Shown here piece after piece: positions 10,600 through 23,139 of a stretch of DNA of 64,000 nt. A program made the translations under genes and the position numbers. The notes beneath the pieces are model-generated. The model had not been told where the DNA came from. It was given only the letters and a program-made list of their open reading frames with translations, and searched no databases. Source of the DNA: Octopus sinensis (taxonomy: Eukaryota). The DNA is taken from NCBI RefSeq assembly GCF_006345805.1, contig NC_042997.1:198586001-198650000 (forward strand), in the 5' to 3' direction. The stretch's first letter is position 1, and the number at the start of each line of letters is the position of its first letter.

Positions 10600-10915
10600 A
10601 AAAACCATCAACGAATGTATAGTAGCATCACTAGCAAATAACACGCCCACCTACCTAGACAACAGGATTGACAGAACAGCAGGGGCCCAATACTTATCGA
10701 TACCACCTAATCCTATTCTTTGCCTTCACTGGCGACCGAACAAAAATCACGAACTGATAACATCTAAACAAAAATTTGTTCCGCACGCCTTATAAATTGT
10801 AATGTAGTGCCCTGCTGGCATCGGGGTTGAATCAAAAGTCCAACACCCACCCACCTTCACACTCACAGCGCATGTACACCGAATTCAAAACAAAGAAATT
10901 CATGACCATTTTATT
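10600..10915 (+). mobile_element. Penelope-like RT/GIY-YIG junction remnant
   Basis: Fragments SYSLPSLATEQK, NCNVVPCWHRG and YTEFKTK resemble PLE motifs SYSC..NI, CNC...CP..G.C and T...FK.R. Confidence 0.4.
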
Positions 10916-12780
10916 TTTACTTCTCTTATATCATTGATTTCTTCTTTCTCTTTTTGTCTTTCTATCCACACGCGTCCACTTTCACAGGTCTAAGTACAAA
11001 GTGAAGTACTACATATATTCACTCTCACGTACTCTTTATACACGCACGCACATACACACACACATACATCCATCTATACACACGTATATGATAAGTCAAA
11101 ATAGTTACAGGAACCGCCCATAACCCCAACTCCCATATCTTTCTGATTGGGGTAAATTGGTAAATATCCCTGAGCTACGCATTCGATACCGACAGAACAC
11201 TAATGCAATTTTTACCTGAAGAAAAAATAAGTCCCAGTTGAGCAGTGGTAAGTGTAACCAACTTACCCATCCTCTGAAGCTGCTGGCCTTGTGCCAGAAT
11301 TTGAAACCAGTATTATATTTAGATTATAGCTCTGATTTTATTCATCTAATTACTGGAATGAAGTGAAGAATAATATCTAACAACACTCACGAGAGGATAT
11401 GTGACAAATGTACAACAAAATACAGTTTTCAAAGAGGCTGTGTCCGAAGACTTGACTTCTAATGGACTTAAAACTATCTTTATTATTAATTTCATCAGAA
11501 AAATGTACAATTTCTATAGAGATTATGTATCTTATATTTCTCTATAAACATTCAACAATCCCGCAGTATCAAATACAGTCCTGGAATTTCCATGGGCTCC
11601 ACCAGCGATACGTTAATTCTAAGTAAAATTCATAGGTATTAAAGTGCATTATTGTAAATGAAATTGTGAACAATTATATTATAATGGATATTCATGCAAC
11701 ACGGTCCTGAACAATTCCAAAATAGGAGAGAAATACAAATGTTTATCAGGTGTTAAAATGCAATTTGAAGAAATATGTTTACAAATTATGAACAGAATTT
11801 ATTTCCCAGTAAAGACAAAAGAATCCAATTCGTTTGCTTTAAGTACCAGAATGAAACTAATTCAGTGATACATTGAATTACAATTGCTGACAATGTATAA
11901 CTGGGTGTTTTTTTATTGATAGGAAAGATTAAATGATTTTAGTAAAGCTATTCATGATTGCAAAGTGGCAAAGAACTTGATGATAGGCTCTACAGAAGAA
12001 CCGGTTAATGCCAAATGATAAACTGATATAATAATGTTTCTAAGAATATAAGTAGCGCCGTCAGTCAATAATTGCTTATTAATATTATATTGAAGGATTG
12101 TCTTTCTTTAATGAGGGTCTATGAAACGTTTTGTATAATTATGTTATTAGTGGAAACATCTACAGATGTTTTTCTATTGTGTTACGGGAGATATAGGAAA
12201 GAGAAGACAGAACGATAAAGAGTTCATGACTCGGCAATTCATTTTACAATTCATTTCTTCAGCAAATGATATTAATATATAAAAGACTAGATTACTAATC
12301 AAGAGTTTTGTTCGTTCTCCCTCCGCATAGCCACAGTGGGATATAAAAAGAAGATGAAAGAGACAGCAATTGTTATATAGAGAATTATGTGAGATATATA
12401 AACAGCTAAGTAGAGAATTGATATATTGGAATGACGAGGAGACAAAGAAAGCGAGAGAGGAGAGAGAATTTCAGTAGTCACGCAACGGTCAGATGAGCAG
12501 ACAGTGTAAATAGGGATGTATTGTGGGAAAATAACAGAAATATAGCACATGAGGGGATGATAGGGAAAATAATACAGATAGGAAGGGAGTTATACACACA
12601 CATACGCACGCACCTGTGTGTGTATGTATATAGAAGAGCGTAGGTTCGAAACGTTAAAGGATTTTTTTCAATTCCTGAGCGTTATACTAATACATCTGTT
12701 TGTTTTCTACGCCACCTGTCTTCGTCTTTCATTTTTTTCGTGAACTCTCCCCCCTATATATATATATATATATATATATA

Positions 12781-13235
12781 GGCGCATGAGTGGCTGTGTA
12801 GTAAGAAGCTTGCTTACCAACCGCATGGTTCCGGATTCAATCCCACTGCGTGGCACCTGGCACCTTGCGCAAGTGTCTTCTACGATAGCCTCGGGCCGAC
12901 CAAAGCCTTGTGACTGGATTTGGTAGAGGGAAACTGAGAGAAACCCGTCGTATATATATATATATATACATATATTTATATATATATGTGTGTGCGTGTG
13001 TGTGTGTGCGTGTGTGTGTGTTTATATGTCTGTGTGTCTCTGTCCCCCCAACATCGTTTGACAACTGATGCTGGTGTGTTTACGTCCCCGTCACTTGCGG
13101 TTTCGGCAAAAGAGACCAATAGAATAAGTACTAGGCTTACAAAGAATAAGTCCTGGGGTCGATTTGCTTGACTAAATGCGGTGCTCCAGCATGGCCGCAG
13201 TCAAATGACTGAAGCAAATAGAAGAATAAAAGAAT
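12781..13235 (+). mobile_element. Family A SINE
   Basis: Full-length match with internal (TA)n(TG)n. Confidence 0.9.
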
Positions 13236-13306
13236 ATATATACATATATATATATATCAAGAACAATCTTACTTAGAAATGGATGCGTGCGTTCCGTCAT
13301 ATAATA

Positions 13307-13632
13307 TATTAATAAATAAAACATATGCATATATATATACATATATGTACGTACCTACCTCTACATGTATATATACACGCATATATGGGTACAGGACACC
13401 TTCACCTTCGAAACGCAGAGTAGATGAAACCATGGCGACTGAAGAAGGGAAATTTTCCTTGTGTTATTTGTCCTGTACTCTATTTTTTGTTGTTTAAGAA
13501 AAATGTCCAGTTCCTTGGTTTTGTGTTTATGTTTTCGTTTCTCATTGTGTTCGACGCTTTTTTGCTGTCCTGTACCCATATATGTAGGTACGTACATATA
13601 TGTATATATACATGCATATGTTTTATTTATTA

Positions 13633-13635
<3 letters not shown>
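13307..13635. repeat. Inverted-repeat-flanked cassette with Penelope pLTR-like core
   Basis: 13307-13398 and 13566-13635 are inverted copies (tattaataaataaaacatatgca..gggtacaggaca). The core has ccttcgaaacgc and ctgaagaaggg motifs. Confidence 0.6.
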
Positions 13636-13666
<31 letters not shown>

Positions 13667-14295
13667 CTCCATGCATAGAGAGTGTGAATGAGAGAGAGAG
13701 TGATATAGAGGGGGAACGATGAAAAGAAGATACAATGTTTGTGAGGAGTTAATGATTATAATGAGGGTGTAAATGGAGGGAAGATAAGACTTACTGAAAG
13801 AAGGCAGAAAGAAACTGCATTGTTTTGTTGTTAGTATTATGCTAGCTGTTAACAATAAACATATAGAAACTGTAGACAGAACTTCTTGCCGTGAAAAGTC
13901 TATTTAGAAACATAATTCTGATATGTGTGTTTTACTTCTTGGAGTTTCAATCATTCTCATTTTCCACGTTTCTAATTAGCAATATTTATACACATTTTAT
14001 TATAGCGTGTTAAATAGCAACATCTTAAATTTAATTTAAGCATGCAATCAACTTACAGCTAAATTGTTTTAAAATATCTTGCATCAATTGCCATAATTTC
14101 AGAAGTTTTCAGGATAAATAACTTGCCATATAAAAAATACGCTGTGCATGAATAACACTTATGTATTTCACCACAAACTAAAGATACTTAAGACCATTGC
14201 GCTGATTCTGTCCTAGAAATCTGATAACACTTGGTACTGTGATATAACATAAAACACAGTAGTGATATACATACATATTTATTATAGAAGGGACA

Positions 14296-14472
14296 GGCGT
14301 AGGAGTGGCGGTATGGTAAGTAGCTTGCTTACCAACCACATTGTTCCGTGTTCAGTCCCACTGCGTGGCACCTTGGGCAAGTGACTTCTACTATAGCCTC
14401 GGGCCGACCAAAGCCTTGTGAGTGGATTTGGTAGTTAGAAACTGAAAGAGTCCCGTCGTGTATGTATATGTG

Positions 14473-14510
<38 letters not shown>

Positions 14511-14735
14511 TGTGTGTGTGTTTGTATATGTTTGTGTGTCTGTTTTTCCCCCCAACATCGCTTGACAACCGATGCTGGTGTGTTTACGTCCCCGTCACTT
14601 AGCGGTTCGGCAAGAGAGACTGATAGTATAAGTACTAGGCTTACAAAGAATAAGTCCTCTGGTCGATTTGCTCGACTAAAGGCGGTGCTCCAGCATGGCC
14701 GCAGTCAAATGACTGAAACAAATAGAATAAAAGAA
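14296..14735 (+). mobile_element. Family A SINE (apparent recombinant)
   Basis: 5' flank like the 15365 copy, 3' tail like the 12781 copy. Confidence 0.9.
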
Positions 14736-15364
14736 TATATATATATCCATGCATAGAGAGTGTGAATGAGAGAGAGTGATATAGAGGGGGAACGATGAAA
14801 AGAAGATACAATGTTTGTGAGGAGTTAATGATTATAATGAGGGTGTAAATGGAGGGAAGATAAGACTTACTGAAAGAAGGCAGAAAGAAACTGCATTGTT
14901 TTGTTATTAGTATTATGCTAGCTGTTAACAATAAACATATATAAGCTGTAGACAGAACTTCTTGCCGTGAAAAGTCTATTTAGAAACATAATTCTGATAT
15001 GTGTTTTACTTCTTGGAGTTTCAATCATTCTCATTTTCCACGTTTCTAATTAGCAATATTTATACACATTTTATTATAGCGTGTTAAGTAGTAACATCTT
15101 AAATTTAATTTAAGCATGCAATCAACTTACAGCTAAATTGTTTTAAAATATCTTGCATCAATTGCCATAATTTCAGAAGTTTTCAGGATAAATAACTTGC
15201 CATATAAAAAATACGCCGTGCATGAATAACACTTATGTATTTCACCACAAACTAAAGATACTTAGACCATTGCGCTGATTCTGTCTTAGAAATCTGATAA
15301 CACTTGGTACTGTGATATAACAAAAAACACAGTAGTGATATACATACATATTTATTATAGAAGT

Positions 15365-15526
15365 GACGTAGGAGTGGCTGTGTGGTAAGTAGCTTGCTTA
15401 CCAACCACATGGTTCCGTGTTCAGTCCCACTGCGTGGCACCTTGGGCAAGTGTCTTCTACTATAGCCTCGGGCCGACCAAAGCCTTGTGAGTGGATTTGG
15501 TAGTTGGAAACTGAAAGAAGCCCGTC

Positions 15527-15571
<45 letters not shown>

Positions 15572-15751
15572 TATATACATACATACACGTACGTGTGTAT
15601 ATGCCTGTGTGTCTGTGTTTACGTTCCTGTAACTTAGTCATTCAGCAAAAGAAGCCAATAGAATAAGTCCTGGGGTCGATTTGCTCGACTAAAGACGGTG
15701 CTCCAGCATGGCCGCCAGTCAAATTACTGAAACAAGTAAAAGAGTAAAAGA
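15365..15751 (+). mobile_element. Family A SINE with internal deletions
   Basis: Head and tail intact, part of the 3' module missing. Confidence 0.9.
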
Positions 15752-16102
15752 ATTCAGACAACCATTTTATCGCCAATTCATTGCTGATTTACGGAGTCAT
15801 TTGTTTGTTGTGAAATACGCTGAAGTCAAAATTCATGCTAACGTATCAAAGGAACAAAACTAGCTGTAATATCACGAACTGCACAAATTCCAGTGACATA
15901 CAAATATGCTTAATAATTTACGGTATGTACGAAAATGAATTTATAAAACAAGTTAGTTCTTGAAAAATTAGTTCTTCGCAAGCAAAAGCAAATTTGCATA
16001 AGCAAAAGCTCCCAAATTTGATAAATAGATGACGAGCCAACTGAATTAAACATATGAATATGGTTGTTAATATTGAATCCCTGGATGTATTTCTATTCAA
16101 TA

Positions 16103-16335
16103 AGGCGGCGAGCTGGCAGAAACGTTAGCATGCCGGGCGAAATTCTTAGCAGTATTTCGTCTGCCGCTACGTTCTGAGTTCAAATTCCGCCGAGGTCGAC
16201 TTTGCCTTTCATCCCTTCGGGGTCGATAAATTAAGTACCAGTTACTCACTGGGGGTCGATATAATCGACTTAATCCGTTTGTCTGTCCTTGTTTGTCCCC
16301 TCTGTGTTTAGCCCCTTGTGGGTAGTAAAGAGATA
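16103..16335 (+). mobile_element. Family C SINE monomer
   Basis: Full head ggcggcgagctggcagaaacgttagc. TSD ctattcaata on both sides. Confidence 0.9.
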
Positions 16336-17440
16336 GAAATATATATATATCTATTCAATATTTAGTTTGATAAAGTATTTCATCTATTTGAGAATCATCA
16401 CTGCCGTTTCTGCACATTCTGAGAGCATAATAAATGTAAATGAATCGAAATGCTTCATCCAGAAATTGAAATCATATTTGATCTGGGGTTGTATGAAAAA
16501 AATCCCTTTTGTGCTCTAGCAAGCGTTTTACTTTTATAATGATGTTATTGTTGCTGCTGTTTTGATCTTTAGATATTCTTAGATGACTTTTGACTTCAAA
16601 GTATTTTACAACCTATAATTGACTGACTTATGCAGCAATGAACTGTCGATAAAATGCAGTTAGGGAATGCATACAATACTAAAAACATACTTATTATCCG
16701 AAATTTCACCTTAGTTTGTGATAAATAACTTTACTGGTATATTAATGCTGTATCTGTGTGCTATAGCACAACATAAAGTAATATTGTGTTTCCTAAGCTG
16801 GAGTCTCTGGCAACACAGCATCAAATTGAATGCTGTCGCGATCGTTAGCTTCATGTGCACATTTTATACGACATATTTTATACGACATAGTATTTTTCTG
16901 CATTCATATGAAACTACTTGGATTTTGAACAACATATTTTGAACTAATTTAAATGTTATTGACTTCGTGTTTACATTTAAATTTAATATCTTATAATAAG
17001 ACACGCTATAATAAAACGTGTACAATATTGCTAATTAGAAATTGAAAAAATAAATAAGTAAATTAATGAAAGTAATTGAAGTAATATGCGCATTTCGGTA
17101 TATAGTTTCTAAAGAAGTGACTTCTTTTAACATGGAATCATTGCCTGATATTCTATTTCTTGCAGGAAAACCAGAGGGGTACCAGTCGAAAATGGTGGGT
17201 TTTATTTCTGCTACCTATCACGGATTTTTAATGCTTAAACACAAGCATACACACACAGTCACACACACAAACTTTTATAAAGAAGACGGAAAACATACAG
17301 GCTACATATGTGTGTATATGTATGTACGTATGTCATTATTCAGTTTATTTCAAGATTTCTTGCCAATAGATAAAGAACCGGTTTCTAACCTAGATGCAAG
17401 GTTCTTTCATTGGAATTTTAACATCAACAGAGTATTTTTT

Positions 17441-17585
17441 GTATGTATGTATGCATGCATGTATGTATGTATGTATGCATGCATGTATGTATGTATGCAT
17501 GTATGTATGCATGCATGCATGTATGCATGCATGTATGCATGCATGCATGTATGTATGCATGTATGTATGTATGCATGCATGCATA
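17441..17585. repeat. Mixed (ATGT/ATGC)n tetranucleotide repeat
   Basis: Direct reading of the sequence. Confidence 0.95.
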
Positions 17586-17651
17586 GATTTGTATGTTTTA
17601 TGTATGTATTCTCACACACAGAGTTGCATATCTAGACATACTCATATATAT

Positions 17652-17975
17652 TTAAATGATAAACTTCTGGAAAGTTTTACAGATTTTTACAGTTCCAGTG
17701 ATGGATTGGACCTCTAGTCTTAGATTTAGCTTTCTCCTTTCTGGTTTTGAGAAGCCTAATTTCACAAGATTGGTATTTGGGTAGTGTGTTACATATCCCA
17801 GGTCCCCAATAATTACAGGTATAAAACTGAAATTGTAATCTGGATAGCGTAACTGCAATAGTTCAGCATAGGTGTTCTCTTTTTCACTGATCTTCAGCTT
17901 TATGTTAACATCCGCTGGGCAGCTAATTTCCACTACTGTGCACAGTTCCTCTTCTCTATCCTAAATCATTATATC
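17652..17975 (-). mobile_element. RLE-type non-LTR retrotransposon C-terminal remnant
   Basis: EISCPADVNIKLKISEKENTYAEL..IPVIIGDLGYVTH..QSITGTVKICKTFQKFII*, with an upstream broken PDI..WDRE motif. Confidence 0.75.
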
Positions 17976-18303
17976 AAGTCTGTTGTGCGTATGTATGTAC
18001 GTATATATGTATGTATATATGTACGCATGTATGCCTGTGTCCGTGTGTAATGCTAATAAAGACAGAAATAAAGTGGCAACTTCACTATTGTTACAAATCC
18101 AACCGTTCAATCATAAGATTTTGCCTAACAAGTTAGGATCCCTAACACCAGTTGCATGCCAAGAAGAAATCAGTCTACAAAGCATGAAGATAATATTCAG
18201 CAATAACCATCATTTAAGGAATCGGTTATATTATCTTTAGAAGCCAGTTATATCATTTACTCAGCACATAGACACGTCATCAATGGTTACTTTAAACGTT
18301 GAA

Positions 18304-18530
18304 GGCGGCGAGCTGGCAGAGACGTTAGCACACCGGCCGGAATGCTTAGCAGTATTTCGGCTGTCGTTACGTTCTGAGTTCAAATTCCGCCGAGGTCGAC
18401 TTTGCTTTCATCCTTTCGGGGTCGATAAATTAAGTACCAGTTACGCACTGGGGTCGATGTAATCGACTCAATCCGTTTGTCTGTCCTTGTTTGTACCCTG
18501 TGTTTAGCCCCTTGTGGGCAGTAAAGAAAT
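18304..18530 (+). mobile_element. Family C SINE monomer
   Basis: Full head and body. ggttactttaaac is repeated on both flanks (TSD-like). Confidence 0.9.
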
Positions 18531-18749
18531 AGGTTACTTTAAACTTTGCTCTGCTCTGAAGGTTGTCAGAGTCTTTTGTTATGTATATCACTTTATTCCC
18601 ATGTAGGCAAATGATAAAAAAAAGTATACAGTTCTCTGAAATATAGCACATCTTCGCAAAGTTAAGCTCTTAAAAAATCTTAAATGTTTCACAAATATCA
18701 GCTGTAAGAAGCTGTGATTCGAAGCTTCTTTATACGGTGAGCCACTGAA

Positions 18750-19260
18750 TGAATATCTAAAGCACCCATAAATCTTGCATAGCTTAACAAAAATTCCTCA
18801 GTAGGATTCTGGATATCACCTGACAAGATACAGTCAAATGTTAACGTTCTTAAGCGGTTCAAGATATTTTGAAAGAACGGTAGAATGCCAAGGCAGACAC
18901 TTTATCAACATCTTAAAAGTAATAGATGTGTAAGTCAAAGTGACCAAGAAGGATGAAATGGCTTCAAAATCAAGAATCTGAAAGACCGGGCTGCTAAAGG
19001 AGGTGTCAAGTGATCTACTTGTCGAAATGGCATCGAGGTCTTCGAAACTTAACTTAAATCTGACAACGTTTCTAAGAACAATTCAACACCAGGAAAAATC
19101 TACCATTAGTAAACCACAATAAAAAGCCATATAGAAAACTATACTAATTTATAGAAAGACGTATAAATAGTGAGTAAACCTAACTTACAGAAAATACTAA
19201 GTGATATTATAGCATACAGAAATATTAATTTTATAAATAACAAGGAACTATCTGAGGATG
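18750..19260 (+). mobile_element. Penelope-like GIY-YIG endonuclease remnant
   Basis: Broken frames NGFKIKNL.., VIY/TCRN, QRF*EQF..NLPLVNH resemble a PLE endonuclease. A hammerhead-like motif lies just downstream. Confidence 0.45.
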
Positions 19261-19362
19261 ATTATGATGCAGCTAGTAATCGAACACACACACACACACA
19301 CACACAAACGCATATAATATATTATACTATATAATTATATATGCAATAATATATGATGAGGT

Positions 19363-19417
19363 AGCTTTGACTGAGGAGACACAAGATAAGTTCGAAACAC
19401 CGCGGTGACTCAAAGCT
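19363..19417 (+). ncRNA. Type I hammerhead-ribozyme-like motif (probably inactive)
   Basis: agctttga-CTGAGGA-gac..gttc-GAAA-caccgcggtg-AC-tcaaagct. Stem I is 8 bp and stem III is palindromic, but the cleavage triplet is GAC instead of GUC. Confidence 0.6.
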
Positions 19418-19519
19418 CCCCTTAAGCCAGTGAATCGCGTGTTTATGAACACGTATCGTCTAAACGGAAGTGTTCAAGAATGGACAGCTACGTTATTCTT
19501 CGAATTCTTGCGGTTCTCC

Positions 19520-20215
19520 ATGTACCTTACATGCCTTCAGTCGGATCTGTTTGCTGTTGGCTGGAAAAGAATAATATACTTCTAAATGAAGATAAGTTTA
19601 ATTTGATCCTCTTTGGAAAAGAGAACAATCTGAACTACCATAGACGACCCCCTAATGTCATCCAACATCACCAGAGACCTTGAAGATAATTTAAGCTGAA
19701 GTTCCTACATAAACAGCAAGGTTGACTTGGTTCGCAAGATGAGCTCCTGGATTCTGAGAACTTCCTAGTCTAGAGATGCTCATACCATCATCCTTCTCTT
19801 CTCTACTTTTGCCCGGTTGCCGACTGTAGTCGTCCCACACGAAGCAAAGCATTATGAAAGTAGAAGCACTACAGAGATAGACAGAAAGATAGACAGCATG
19901 ACAGGCATTGGCTATTGGGGCGCGACTGAAAAAAAACTCAATCTCTACTTTCTCCTACGCCACCGGAAGCGCGACATTATTTATGTAATGTGGAAAACAT
20001 TCCTTTAATATTGCACAAATAATGTTAGCATTACGACACAACTACTTTACATCAACTGGTTCAGCTCTCTTTAATATTATACCAAAATACATCAAAAGGG
20101 AAACAGATCCCATTAAATTTAAAAGTTCTCTGGACAAATTTCTTAAAAAAATCTCGGACCAACCTCCTACACCCGGATACAATAACTTTTTGCTAGAGTG
20201 GGCCATTGTATCCCA
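19520..20215 (+). mobile_element. CR1/Jockey-group LINE RT 3' remnant
   Basis: WLEKNNILLNEDKFNLILFGK, YW..LKKLNLY and ALFNIIPKYIKRETDPIKFKSSLDKFLKKISDQPPTPGY. Confidence 0.75.
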
Positions 20216-20822
20216 TATATAACTTCGGTCTGAATCACGATCTAAAATGACTTCACACTGTGGTGCTATTAAGATAGACATAGTCTGGGCCTATACTGGC
20301 CGAAACCTATCTAGGTTATCTAAGTTTTGTATTACATCATTGGTCTTCCTTTCCCTGTCTGCCTCTCTCTCTCCCTTCCCTTATCTCGCTATTGAATTCA
20401 TCTGTGCGGGTGTATTTGTGTGTATGCGTATGTAAGGTACCTATGTATAAAAGAGAACGCATGTTTCTTTCATAGATCTCCCGGTTTTACTTCGTAAAAT
20501 AAGAGAAGCGAAATATCAGTGGAAGACACTGCTTTTTTTATGTAGACAAAACTTTAAAACTGCTTTCAGCGACGTTTCAGATTTCTTTCTGTTTATACCG
20601 AAATTATTGACAGATGAAAAAGCCTATATAAATAGGAACCTATAATTCTACTTCTCATCAGTATTATTACTATTATTCATTGTCTTCGTCGTCGTCGTTG
20701 TTATTATTTTTGTTGTTGCCATGATAACAATCATAATCATTCTAAATTTATCTTAAACTTCTTGCTTATTTTTCTATTATATACGCAATTAACTATTAAA
20801 TGTTTTGATTTTGCTTTCGCAG

Positions 20823-20924
20823 CAATAATAGAATTTGAATACACATTTGCTTCTCGCCTGGCTGAGCCATCATCCATCCAGTCAAACGCTCTGTGTCTAT
20901 AGCAATTGAAGCTAAAGAAAAAAT
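20823..20924 (+). other. Candidate 102-nt exon with one in-frame TAG
   Basis: Acceptor ttttgctttcgcag, donor gtaagg. The best frame reads IIEFEYTFASRLAEPSSIQSNALCL*QLKLKK. A minus-strand acceptor overlaps it. Confidence 0.25.
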
Positions 20925-21365
20925 GTAAGGATAATTTATATTTATATATTTCCATTAACTTTTAATCAAAACAACATAGGCCATGTGATTTCATTCTTAC
21001 ACCAATTACATCGAAAAATTCTTGCACTAATTTCATTCTTATATCAATTACACCCAAAATAAAAGAATTTACACTGATATGCTTTCAACTTACTGAGAGA
21101 AAATTAATATTCTATTTCTGCTTACGCATATTATCCGGAAAACATTTTTCTACATAACCCAGTAAGGTGAAAACTTCAACCAAATGGAATAACATCAATC
21201 TTCATTTCGATTAAAAGTATTTGTAAGACTTAAAACTATTTACTAATTCTTTGTAAATATTACATGTTTCTCGTAAAAGTTTAATATGGCTTTACAGATA
21301 AAAATGCTTGACGTAGAAAACAAGGTAACATATTTAAAGTTAATTGATTGTAACGAAAACAATAA

Positions 21366-21760
21366 TCTTTATATATAAAAGTGAAGTTGTGTGTCTGTCT
21401 CCTACGATTTAGATTCCTAACTACTCCCACATTTTGCGGTGCAGTTTAACCAAAACCGGGTATCTTATAGTCGTGATTCATATCGAGCCCTTCTGGGTAT
21501 TAGCGCGCGTCTACGATGAGTCTACGATTTTTTTTTTAAATTACCATCAATTTTTCCCATTTTTAATGCAATTTAAGCATATAAAAGGGAACTAACTCTC
21601 TAAAAATTTATTATTAAATCTCAGAACGTAAAAAGCTACAGTAACCCCCCCCCCCCTTTGTGGTTAGCCATATTGAGATGGCTATTATACTTTACATCTC
21701 TAAAATGTTTATATAGTTATTTCCCTTACAAACCCGAGCAACGCCGGGCGATACTGCTAG
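21366..21760 (+). mobile_element. Non-autonomous Helitron
   Basis: A|TCtttatatataaaa 5' end, 3' hairpin, CTAG|T end. Confidence 0.9.
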
Positions 21761-22176
21761 TTAATGATAAACCTTGTATATTTCTAAATAATCAACAAGG
21801 GAAAATTATGGTCAAACACTGATTTTTAGGTTCATTTTCAATTCTGTAAAACACACCAGAGAATATACACTGAGGCAGGCCTGCATAAGAATGACATAGA
21901 TTAATGGTTATCTTCACACGGCAGCATTTACATCAGAGTAATGTTAAAGAAAATTAAAGGCGTATCCTGCAGAACTTCAACGGCGAAAGTATTCACGTTT
22001 CTTCTTCGCCGTTGCTAAAATAAAGAATTTTGATATCATGAATGTGTTAAGAAGCATTTTCCTTTCCATCAATTTGAACATTTCAAAATAAAACAGTAAT
22101 ATGAAATCTCGTGTTTTTAGTGAGCTTTAGTAATTTAGTAATAATGATAAGTAAAGAATTTACCGTTGCTAGTTTG

Positions 22177-22189
22177 TATATATGCATAC

Positions 22190-22240
<51 letters not shown>

Positions 22241-22352
22241 TATAGATACATACACGTAAATATATATATATATACATATATATATATACACATATATATA
22301 GATACATACACGTAAATATATATATATACACATATATATAGATACATACACG

Positions 22353-22394
<42 letters not shown>

Positions 22395-22981
22395 TACATA
22401 CACATAAATATATATATATATATACATATATATACAGATACATACACATAAATATATATATATATACATATATATACAGATACATACACGTAAATATATA
22501 TATATTTATACATATACAGATACATACACGTAAATATATATATATTTATACATATATATACAGATACATACACGTAAATATATATATATTTATACATATA
22601 TATACATATACATACACGTAAATATAAATATATATATATATATACGTACATACATACGTATATACATACATATACGTATATATGCATATATATAAATACA
22701 TACACACGCATATATGTATATATATATATATATAAATACATACACACGTATATATATATATATATATATATAAATACATACACACGCATATATATATATA
22801 TATATAAATACATACACACGCATATATACATATATACATATATATATATATAAATACATACACACGCATATATATATATAATATATATATATATAAATAC
22901 ATACACACGCATATATATATATATATACATATATATAAATACATACACAACGCATATATATATATTATATATATATATATA
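22177..22981. repeat. Compound TA-derived minisatellite with two unit types
   Basis: Units (ta)n..cagatacatacacgtaaa up to about 22625, then (ta)n aaatacatacacacgca. Confidence 0.95.
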
Positions 22982-23078
22982 TCAGAAATATTTTCTTAGC
23001 TGTGAGGCCATGTGGGGTCTACATCTAGCACATTGGATGTCCACTTAGTGGTCATACCTCATATATATGTGTATATAT

Positions 23079-23138
<60 letters not shown>

Positions 23139-23139
23139 G

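Larger units (their letters stand above)
13669..15752 (+). repeat. Tandem duplication, about 1075-bp unit (unique segment plus family A SINE) x2
   Basis: 13669-14290 matches 14747-15363 with scattered differences. Each copy is followed by a family A SINE. Confidence 0.95.

Noticed and set aside
11360-12150. Unique AT-rich stretch with partly open frames
   Set aside because: Frequent stops in all frames and no motif I could assign.
13361-14931. Two ORFs starting MLTASIIL(T/I)TKQCSFFLPSF that look like paralogous secreted peptides
   Set aside because: Similarity is explained by the tandem duplication. The frames run into microsatellite or SINE sequence.
17066-17717. 189-aa and overlapping ORFs
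   Set aside because: Length comes from the (ATGY)n repeat and no domain is recognisable.
22083-22955. Long ORFs up to 259 aa (YIYI/VCMY-rich)
   Set aside because: Translations of TA-derived mini/microsatellite, open in several frames simply because stop codons are absent.
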